A stretch of DNA of 64,000 nucleotides. It comes from a bacterium (GTDB lineage Bacteria > Hinthialibacterota > Hinthialibacteria > Hinthialibacterales > Hinthialibacteraceae). The DNA is taken from NCBI GenBank assembly GCA_963663405.2, contig CAXXSM010000122.1, positions 89,955-153,954 of the forward strand, in the 5' to 3' direction. Below are positions 9,829-17,380 of the stretch, in pieces (position 1 is the stretch's first letter; each line of letters starts with the position of its first letter). The position numbers and the translations under genes are program-made. The notes under the pieces are model-generated. The model was not told where the DNA came from and did not search any database. It saw only the letters and a program-made list of their open reading frames with translations.

Positions 9829-9882
9829 TTCTCACACCTCCGGGAATACCTCCCCGGTACCTTAGCTGTTTCTTTGGTATGA

Positions 9883-10410
9883 TTATTTGTTGATGGCTTC
9901 GTCAATCGCTTTTTCTGCTTCTGGGATATGCTTTCGAATCAGTTTATTTGCCTCTGGCTCAACGAGGGGCTTCACAGGGATGCGGAGTAATGTACGTCCG
10001 CTAACCTTAATGGGGATAGTTGCATCATCAAGGTAAATTGCCACTTCGAGGTGAGAACGTACTTTTCCATCCGGTAGTTCTTCGAAACGAATCGCCCCCT
10101 TCAGTGTGCCCTTTAGGTCAACAGAGGCGCTGATGTCACCGATCAGCACTCGAACCTTTGCAGATGCATGTCCTCTAATGGGAACCGAAAAATGGAGTCG
10201 GCCATCATCGCTCATCGAAAGAGAGATGTGGCCACGGGTGACATGATAAGATCCGCTACCGTTCGGAATGTTATTGATCGGACCGGAGAACTCCGCTGGA
10301 ATTTTAGTATTTGCCACCGCTTCGATGACCTCAATAGGAATATCGACCTGTGTGAAACCATAACTAATGGAAACCATGACGACGAATAACGAGAATGCGA
10401 TTTTTTTCAT
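9883..10410 (-). CDS. Secreted beta-rich hypothetical protein (~175 aa)
   Basis: RBS AAGGAG then ATG at 10410 (MKKIAFSLFVVMVSISYGF signal peptide). Confidence 0.7.
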   Translation of the reverse strand: MKKIAFSLFVVMVSISYGFTQVDIPIEVIEAVANTKIPAEFSGPINNIPNGSGSYHVTRGHISLSMSDDGRLHFSVPIRGHASAKVRVLIGDISASVDLKGTLKGAIRFEELPDGKVRSHLEVAIYLDDATIPIKVSGRTLLRIPVKPLVEPEANKLIRKHIPEAEKAIDEAINK

Positions 10411-10463
10411 TTTTCTACTCCTTCTTCTGTTTTTTGAAACGATTGAGTGCGTTCTAAAACTTT

Positions 10464-10532
10464 TCAATAATTTTTGTTCCTGGGTTCGAGAGGGAAATCG
10501 ATCCCATTGGGGTCTGCGCGAATTTGGTTCAT
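10464..10532 (-). CDS. Putative 22-aa small protein MNQIRADPNGIDFPLEPRNKNY
   Basis: GGAGG RBS 8 nt before ATG; same strand as neighbours; below ORF-track cutoff. Confidence 0.35.
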   Translation of the reverse strand: MNQIRADPNGIDFPLEPRNKNY

Positions 10533-10557
10533 GGCGGTTTCCTCCAGATTGGTTTGA

Positions 10558-10934
10558 CTATCCTCGCTTGTAATAATGGCAAGATTTGCCTAAATCTGTT
10601 TTTTTCCCCTTTCGCGTGTACTTGTTTGAATAACTCGGATACTTGCCAAAATTTTTTCCGGATTCTTGATTCCTAATTTGCTGGCGTATACCCGAACAAT
10701 CTCGTTTAACCCCGTGCAGGCTGGCGTCATGATGATTCTCTCCAGACCATCCTCGCTTGTAATAGGGGCAAGATTTTCCCAAATCTGATTTTTTTTTCTT
10801 TCGTGTGCACTTGTTTGGATAACTCGGATACTCGCCAAAATTTTTTCCGGATTCTTGATTCCTAATTTGCTGGCGTATACCCGAACAATCTCGTTTAACC
10901 CCATGCAGGCTGACGTCACAATGATTACCTCCAG
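10558..10934 (-). repeat. Tandem ~189-bp duplication encoding two copies of a ~46-aa peptide (ORF 10590..10919)
   Basis: Two near-identical units, each starting CTGGAG RBS + start codon and encoding MT.AC.GLNEIVRVYASKLGIKNPEKILASIRVIQTS. Confidence 0.85.
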
Positions 10935-11336
10935 TTTTGTTCGGCTTGTTTCGGTTATGTTCGGGCGGAATTGTGGCGAGATCTGACAGATTTTTTTTGG
11001 ACGAAACAGCTACTCCGCGGGATATCTCAAAAACAAAATCCTCGAAACGACAAAATGGATTTTCTAATGCGGTGAGTTATCATGCATTTTTCATATGTCG
11101 GGGACTCTGGGTTTGGAAATATACGGTTGAACTTTTCGTATTTGTACAGGAGAGCCTTTAAAATGTGATAGCCATTTCAAGTAATTTTACGATTTAAAGA
11201 AGAAATTTATGTCAGAAAACATATCCTTTTCACCAATACATAATTGGGGAAATATCCCCCCGTCATTATTAGCCAAAAGTATGGAATAACATCTTTTAAT
11301 GAAAAGCCCGAAACAGTCGTCAAGCGGAGGAGTCTA

Positions 11337-13010
11337 ATGAGTAAATCAAATGAAGAAAATGCGTTCGAAAAAATGGTTCTCGAAATGGTTCATGATCCCA
11401 AAAGTGACTCACGGCTTCTAACCACTACTGAAAAAGAACCGGATTTACCACTTCATGTTTATAATCTCACGAAAAATGTTTATTATGAGAATAAACTCAT
11501 GATGCAAAAGAAGGAGATTAAAGAGAATCAAATCAATACGATGGCATTGTTCGTCTTTGTTCGGTTATGCCAAAACCAATGCACAAATCGCGAACCAGGA
11601 TCCCCATTATCCAAGAGACATGTTTGGGAGATTTTAAGATACGAATATTTGGGATTTCAGAAAACAGAGTTCGAAAAAATAGTTCTCGAAATGGCCAATG
11701 ATCCCAAAAGTGACTCTTGCTTTCTTACCACTATTGAAAAAGAACCGGATTTGCCACTTCATGTTTATAATCTCACGAAAAAGGTCTATCGCGAAAACAT
11801 ACCAAGGATGCTAGAGAACGGAATTCAAAAGGATCAAATTGAAAAAATCGCATTTTCTCTTTTTGTCCGACTTTGCAAAAATCCAATATCAGATCGCTCT
11901 CCTGGTGACGGAATATCCCACTGGTATGTGTGGGATGTTATACGCGACGAATATTTGGGATTCAGCAGAGGCAAATTCGCGCACGATAATCAGGTTTTAT
12001 TGAGCTACGACGTGTTGAGTCAAGAGTACGCCTGTGAATTTTTGAAGAATGCTCCAAAAACTCCGCATAATCAAAAAGTCAAAATAAAACTCGCTGATTG
12101 GAAAACCCCGCGAGACTACGCTATCGAACAGGAATTTCTACAGAAAGATCGGAAACCGATCCGAAAGATCTTTGCACTTATAGAGAAGATCGTAGCGCTT
12201 GATTATTACCTCGCACGTTATCGCAATCGCAAGAAAGATTCTCTTGATGATAACTGGCATGAGCGATTTGGTTGTTTTATCTCTTGTGAGAATGTCAATA
12301 ATAAAGTTCAAGAGTTCGAAACGAAAAAACTAACGCAAAATGCTGCCTATAAAGCAAAAAGTCGAAGTCTAAACGCTCTTCGTACTCTTCTTTTTCTCAT
12401 TCCGTTTCTTCTCTTTGTTTCGTTTTTTTCAACGATTATGCCTGTGGACAATACTATTTCGTTGAACCATGCCGAATCGCAAGCCGGTGATAGTCGTCAG
12501 TTGAGCCTGGTCGCGGCGAGTGAGCAAGCTGGTGACAGTCGCCAATCGAGCCTGGTCGCGGCGAGTAAGCAAGCTGGTGACAGTCGCCAATCGAACCTGG
12601 TCGCGGCGAGTAAGCAAGCTGGTGACAGTCGCCAATCGAACCTGGTCGCGGCGAGTAAGCAAGCTGGTGACAGTCGCCAATCGAGCCTGGTCGCGGCGAG
12701 TGAGCAAGCTGGTGACAGTCGCCAATCGAACCTGGTCGCGGCGAGTAAGCAAGCTGGTGACAGTCGCCAATCGAGCCTGGTCGCGGCGAGTAAGCAAGCT
12801 GGTGACAGTCGCCAATCGAACCTGGTCGCGGCGAGTGAGCAAGCTGGTGACAGTCGCCAATCGAACCTGGTCGCGGCGAGTGAGCAAGCTGGTGACAGTC
12901 GCCAATCGAGCCTGGTCGCGGCGAGTAAGCAAGCTGGTGACGGTCGCCAATCGAACCTGGTCTCGGCGAGTAAGCAAGCTGGTGATAGTCGTCAATCGAA
13001 CCTGATATAA
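11337..13010 (+). CDS. Putative ECF-sigma-like protein with duplicated N-terminal domain, one TM/signal helix and 12 C-terminal peptide repeats
   Basis: RBS GGAGGAG then ATG 11337; sigma2-like EKIAFSLFVRL..WYVWDVIRD; sigma4-like LTQNAAYKAKSRSLNALR; hydrophobic LLFLIPFLLFVSFF; QAGDSRQxxLVAAS(K/E) repeats. Confidence 0.6.
   Translation: MSKSNEENAFEKMVLEMVHDPKSDSRLLTTTEKEPDLPLHVYNLTKNVYYENKLMMQKKEIKENQINTMALFVFVRLCQNQCTNREPGSPLSKRHVWEILRYEYLGFQKTEFEKIVLEMANDPKSDSCFLTTIEKEPDLPLHVYNLTKKVYRENIPRMLENGIQKDQIEKIAFSLFVRLCKNPISDRSPGDGISHWYVWDVIRDEYLGFSRGKFAHDNQVLLSYDVLSQEYACEFLKNAPKTPHNQKVKIKLADWKTPRDYAIEQEFLQKDRKPIRKIFALIEKIVALDYYLARYRNRKKDSLDDNWHERFGCFISCENVNNKVQEFETKKLTQNAAYKAKSRSLNALRTLLFLIPFLLFVSFFSTIMPVDNTISLNHAESQAGDSRQLSLVAASEQAGDSRQSSLVAASKQAGDSRQSNLVAASKQAGDSRQSNLVAASKQAGDSRQSSLVAASEQAGDSRQSNLVAASKQAGDSRQSSLVAASKQAGDSRQSNLVAASEQAGDSRQSNLVAASEQAGDSRQSSLVAASKQAGDGRQSNLVSASKQAGDSRQSNLI
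12480..13010 (+). repeat. 45-bp coding tandem repeat, 11 full units plus a partial 12th
   Basis: Consensus CAAGCTGGTGACAGTCGCCAATCGA(A/G)CCTGGTCGCGGCGAGT(A/G)AG, units starting 12480, 12525 ... 12975. Confidence 0.97.
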
Positions 13011-13040
13011 GTGTAGATCGTAAAACAAGGAGAAATTATC

Positions 13041-13679
13041 ATGAAAAATACTCATAAAATTAATGAAAAACGATCATTCTATTTTACATTGATCCAAGCA
13101 AAAGATGGAGAAAAAGAATTTCGACGGAAATGCAACCGATACGAAGAAATACGAGAAACCGGAACTGATGACGAAAAGAAAAAACTCCATGATGAAATTT
13201 TGAGAGATTTAGATTCTTACGACGGCGATGGTAGTGAATGGTTAAAATGGAACATGATCGCCACAGGACATTCTACTCTTGGAAATATAGAGAAAGCTGT
13301 AGAAATAGATGAAAATCAATGCATCAAATTCGCTTTGGAAGAACCGGAAGAAAAAGAAAAGAACCGGAAGCTTTCTGTGACATACAATAATCTCTGCGAC
13401 GGGTATCGGCGTTTGCGCAATGCAGATAAAGCAATTGAATGCGGAATGAAAGCTCTTCATTACGATGATAACAATGAAGGTATTTGGAAAAACTACGCGT
13501 TAGCGTTGATATATGGAGGGAAAGAAGACGAAGGAATCCAGATCCTGAAAAAATTACGCGAGTTATCGAATTGGGACGAAATTAGTTCTATTCTCGCAGC
13601 TGCGGTTCGTTATGAACAAGATTTAATCGATAAAATCATGGAAAACGACGAATTAAAGAACATTCTTTACCCCTTTTGA
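13041..13679 (+). CDS. Tetratricopeptide repeat protein (about 3 TPRs), cytoplasmic
   Basis: WNMIATGHSTLGNIEKAVE, YNNLCDGYRRLRNADKAIECGMKALHYD, WKNYALALIYGGKEDEG; RBS AAGGAG; no signal peptide. Confidence 0.8.
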   Translation: MKNTHKINEKRSFYFTLIQAKDGEKEFRRKCNRYEEIRETGTDDEKKKLHDEILRDLDSYDGDGSEWLKWNMIATGHSTLGNIEKAVEIDENQCIKFALEEPEEKEKNRKLSVTYNNLCDGYRRLRNADKAIECGMKALHYDDNNEGIWKNYALALIYGGKEDEGIQILKKLRELSNWDEISSILAAAVRYEQDLIDKIMENDELKNILYPF

Positions 13680-13697
13680 AAACTTTATAAGGGATAA

Positions 13698-13735
13698 GGG
13701 TACAACGCATATTCATATGGAAATATTCCGTAAAT
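13698..13735 (+). repeat. Divergent Tn3-like terminal IR next to the recombinase stop
   Basis: GGGTACAACGCATATTC matches 15 of the first 17 nt of the 1171/7053 IR; ends CCGTAAAT. Confidence 0.55.
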
Positions 13736-13740
13736 ATCCC

Positions 13741-14703
13741 CTAATACACAACCTGAAACGTCGGGCTTTCCTCGGGCTTGTCATGCCGTTTGTCGTAGAG
13801 GCGGGTGGTGGAGATATTGGCGTGTCCGAGCCAGGTTTGCACCTTGGCGATATCGGCTTCGTGTTCGAGGGCGTTGGTGGCGGCGGTTGCCCGCAGGGAG
13901 TGAACGCAGAGGCCGGGGAAATAGATGTTCGCTTTCCTACAATAATAAAGAACAATCTTGTAGAACGAATCCGGATGCATTGGCTTGCGGAGCGTGCCGG
14001 TACGGTTGTTTTTAAATGGGCGGAAGAGGGGACCGTCCAGATCCTCCCCATGACCGGCGGCCTGTAAATACGCTTGGATGGCGGTGACCGTCACGGGATG
14101 GACGGGGATGAAGCGCGTCTTGTCGCCTTTGCCGTGAATTACAAAACAATGCATCCCGCGCCGGGGGGTGAAGTGGCGAACCTGAAGGGCGGATATTTCG
14201 CTACGCCGGAGAGCGTGGTAAAGCAGGGTGGTGAGAATGGCCCGATCGCGTTTGCCTTTAAGAGTGTCGTCGAATGTCGAATGGAGAAGAATCCGGGCTT
14301 GATCGTCACTGATGGCGGGGGTTTTCCCTTCGTTGGCGTTCGCGTTGGGGCTTTCAACGCCGCTGACCGGATTGTGCGTAATGGCGTTCTCATTGCAGAG
14401 GTAATCGAATAGGGAGGCCAGAGCGGAGAGTTTACGCCGGACGGTGGCGGGAGAGAGATCCCGCTGGTCGAGGTCGTTGCGCCACGCGATGATGTGGGCG
14501 CGGGTGACGAGGCGGAACTCATCCGGCTGGTGGATTCCGGTAAAGGCCATAAACTCGTTAAGGTCGTTCCGGTAGGCGCGGCGGGTGTTCGGGTTGCGGA
14601 GATTGGCGAACCGTTCGATCTCCGGGGGTACTGCGGCCCGTTGGTGAAACGCCTCGTCGGTCAGAATTCGCGAAGGGGAAGGAACCAGTTCTTGCTCATT
14701 CAT
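13741..14703 (-). CDS. Tyrosine recombinase, XerD/ResD-like with N-terminal SAM-like domain
   Basis: [43 protein letters not shown]. Confidence 0.92.
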   Translation of the reverse strand: MNEQELVPSPSRILTDEAFHQRAAVPPEIERFANLRNPNTRRAYRNDLNEFMAFTGIHQPDEFRLVTRAHIIAWRNDLDQRDLSPATVRRKLSALASLFDYLCNENAITHNPVSGVESPNANANEGKTPAISDDQARILLHSTFDDTLKGKRDRAILTTLLYHALRRSEISALQVRHFTPRRGMHCFVIHGKGDKTRFIPVHPVTVTAIQAYLQAAGHGEDLDGPLFRPFKNNRTGTLRKPMHPDSFYKIVLYYCRKANIYFPGLCVHSLRATAATNALEHEADIAKVQTWLGHANISTTRLYDKRHDKPEESPTFQVVY

Positions 14704-14796
14704 CCAGGAAATCCTTTTGTGCGGCAGGAAAGAAAAAAATAGCGCAATGAGAGGCGGTTTTCTTTTTTCCTACCGCCCGTTTTTAGGGATCATTTT

Positions 14797-14824
14797 ATTC
14801 GTGATAAAATCGATTATTAAGAGT
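14797..14824. promoter_or_regulatory. dif-like tyrosine recombinase core site
   Basis: ATTCGTGATAA-AATCGA-TTATTAAGAGT: 11-6-11 layout with ATAA/TTAT inner arms, upstream of the recombinase. Confidence 0.55.
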
Positions 14825-14904
14825 AAAAATACTTCTTGACTTATTGTTACAATATTGCGACAATATCTGTAAGGAGAACGGATGCCAGAAACACGCTTGC
14901 TTTT

Positions 14905-15007
14905 TTATAAAGAAGAAGACGGAATTAAAGAAATCGAATGAGCGATTGAACGGAAAAAAAATCTGGATAACCCGGAACTCCATACACACGAGGAGGATTT
15001 GTTATGA
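14905..15007 (+). pseudogene. Remnant of a HigB/RelE-like toxin 3' end
   Basis: KEIE*AIERKK then shifted LDNPELHTHEEDLL*; stop overlaps the ATG of the HTH gene (ATGA). Confidence 0.5.
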
Positions 15008-15348
15008 ACAAACGAAAAACCACGACGGACGGTGTGGAAATCCTGCATCGCCGGTATTTTGAAGGAAAACCGGAAATGCTCGCCCTTCTTGAAGAAGAAA
15101 GAGCCAATGCCGATGTAGCGCAAATTATTTACGATTTACGCCAAGAAGCAAAACTTACCCAACAAGAATTGGCTGATCTAATCGGAACTAGCCGGACAGT
15201 TATTACTCGATTGGAAGATACGGATTACAATGGACATTCTCTATCCATGTTACGGCGCATTGCTACCGCCTTGAACAAAAAAGTTCAAATTGAATTTGTT
15301 CCTATCGCTCATCAAGCCAAGGTTTCCAGCCTGCATACCCCCCATTGA
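15004..15348 (+). CDS. XRE-family HTH protein, HigA-like antitoxin
   Basis: LRQEAKLTQQELADLIGTSRTVITRLE...SLSMLRRIATAL. Confidence 0.85.
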   Translation: MNKRKTTTDGVEILHRRYFEGKPEMLALLEEERANADVAQIIYDLRQEAKLTQQELADLIGTSRTVITRLEDTDYNGHSLSMLRRIATALNKKVQIEFVPIAHQAKVSSLHTPH

Positions 15349-15520
15349 GCGTCTTACTCTTTTTGCGCGAATCGTTGCTGAACTCCTTTTCCTTATGCGC
15401 CATTATTTCTAGGCCGTTTTGAGAATTCAATAACTGGAAAAAAAGATACACATCAAGCAAGGCTCTCACAAAGTATACTTTCCTATACTTAGGATCAGGA
15501 AACCGTGGGTTTCCATTCAA

Positions 15521-17368
15521 ATGCGTCCGCTAGTCCCATATGGAAGAATGAAAATGCAATTACGTCAATGGTTTGTTTTAAAAGTTGTTTTCACTCAACT
15601 ATTGTGGTGTTTATTACACGGGAGTCTAGCTGGATTTACCGCAAATGTTTTTGCTGATAACGGGCCGGCCATTCCGTACAAAGTACAATTCTCTGGAATC
15701 CGAGAAAAACAATTGATCCAACAACTCGGAAAATATTCCAAAACCGTTGAACTGCAAAATCGTCCCCCGGCTTCCCTAGCCTTGCTGGAACGCCGCGCTG
15801 AACAAGATCTTCCAAGGTTAACGAAAATCTTGAGGTCTTTTGGATATTTAGACGCGGAGGTGATATATAAAATCGAAAGTCAAAAGGATTCCACCTTTGT
15901 TGATTTTCAGATTGATTCAGGACAACCATACAATCTGGTTTCTTTTGATTGCCACTGGATTCAGTCAGCCAGTGAGACGCCGGTTCTTCCTCCGTCTAAA
16001 ACCCTCGGACTTGAAATGGGGAAACCAGTGAACGGCCAATCTATTTTGGAAGGGCAAACAAAGATCCTCAAGCGCTTGCAAAGAAACGGCTACCCTTTCC
16101 CCCGCATTGTGAATAAAAAACTGATCGCGGATTCGGAATGCAAAACCGCCGCTCTACTGTTTGAGATTGATCCGGGGAAAAAAGCCGTCTTTGGGGAAAC
16201 GTCAATAGAGGGCCTTGATACGGTGCGGGAATCGTTCATCCGCAACCGGCTGGAGTGGGAAGAAGGAGATTTATTTGACTCACGGTTGTTGGATGACACG
16301 CGGTTGAATCTATTCAAGTCCAATCTGTTCGCCATGACGCGAATCGAATTGGCGACCACTATTGAAGTGAGCAATAAGACGCCAGTAACCATCTCCCTGA
16401 CAGAAAGAAAACCACAAACGATCGGCGCGGGAGCCGAGTATCGTTCCGATGACGGGCCGGGAGGGAAACTGGGATGGGAGCATCGTAATCTCTTCGGTGA
16501 AGGGGAACGTCTGGCTGCGGACGCCATGTTTTCGGGGATTGAATATTCGGGGGGGCTCGTTTTCAAAAAACCGGATTTTTATGACAAAAATCAGTCCTTT
16601 CTTACGGAATTGCGGATCGCCGATGATCACCCCGATCCTTACTCCAGCCGGAATATCGGCTTGTCGTTTCTACTGGAACGAATTCTCAATGAGGAGATGA
16701 AGGTTTTGGGGGGAGTATCTTATCGCTTGGCCGACGTGACTCAATTGGGCGAATCGAATTCTTTCGGCTTATTGTCGCTGCCGGCTAAATTTGAATGGCT
16801 CGCTGTTGATGATGTTTTCAATCCCACAGAAGGTGGGCGTCTGAAATTCCAGGCCGCGCCGTATTACGACACCTTGGGAACCAACATGGCTTTTTTTAAA
16901 AGTTATGGAAAGTACAGCCACTATTTTTCATTGGTGGACGATTCGAATCTCATTTTCGCCAGTCAGATTGGTGTGGGATCTCTCGTCGGCGATTCGTTGA
17001 AATCCTTACCTGCTGATGAGCGTTTTTACGCGGGCGGTGGTGGCTCCATCCGTGGATACCCCTACCAGATGGTCAGTCCCTTACAAGACAATCATCCCAT
17101 TGGAGGCCGATCTATTTTGGAACTCTCCTTTGAACTGCGGATGCAATTGTCGAAGCATTTTGGCTTTGTCACTTTTCTGGATGGCGGCGCCGCGTTTGAA
17201 TCCGTTCTTCCCGATTCCAGCGAGGATTTGCTGTGGGGCACAGGCGTGGGCCTTCGCATTTTCACGCCCATTGGCCCGTTTCGGCTGGATGTCGGTTTCC
17301 CCTTGAACAAGCGCGAGGCTATCGATGATTCCGTCCAGATTTATATCAGCATCGGCCAAGCGTTCTAA
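15521..17368 (+). CDS. tamA: Translocation and assembly module TamA (Omp85 family)
   Basis: POTRA region, RFYAGGGGSIRGY, GPFRLDVGFP, C-terminal YISIGQAF. Confidence 0.93.
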   Translation: MRPLVPYGRMKMQLRQWFVLKVVFTQLLWCLLHGSLAGFTANVFADNGPAIPYKVQFSGIREKQLIQQLGKYSKTVELQNRPPASLALLERRAEQDLPRLTKILRSFGYLDAEVIYKIESQKDSTFVDFQIDSGQPYNLVSFDCHWIQSASETPVLPPSKTLGLEMGKPVNGQSILEGQTKILKRLQRNGYPFPRIVNKKLIADSECKTAALLFEIDPGKKAVFGETSIEGLDTVRESFIRNRLEWEEGDLFDSRLLDDTRLNLFKSNLFAMTRIELATTIEVSNKTPVTISLTERKPQTIGAGAEYRSDDGPGGKLGWEHRNLFGEGERLAADAMFSGIEYSGGLVFKKPDFYDKNQSFLTELRIADDHPDPYSSRNIGLSFLLERILNEEMKVLGGVSYRLADVTQLGESNSFGLLSLPAKFEWLAVDDVFNPTEGGRLKFQAAPYYDTLGTNMAFFKSYGKYSHYFSLVDDSNLIFASQIGVGSLVGDSLKSLPADERFYAGGGGSIRGYPYQMVSPLQDNHPIGGRSILELSFELRMQLSKHFGFVTFLDGGAAFESVLPDSSEDLLWGTGVGLRIFTPIGPFRLDVGFPLNKREAIDDSVQIYISIGQAF

Positions 17369-17380
17369 CAAAAACGAGGA

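Noticed and set aside
12480-13010. 45-bp array as a CRISPR array
   Set aside because: Units are contiguous with no unique spacers, length is a multiple of 3 inside a CDS, and no cas genes are present
12429-13055. Alternative-frame ORFs over the repeat (208 aa minus, 161 aa plus)
   Set aside because: Open only because the repeat lacks stops; variation is synonymous in the QAGDSRQ frame
13741-14703. Prophage integrase or chromosomal xerC/xerD
   Set aside because: No phage genes or tRNA att site; adjacent Tn3-like IR and own core site fit a transposon resolvase better
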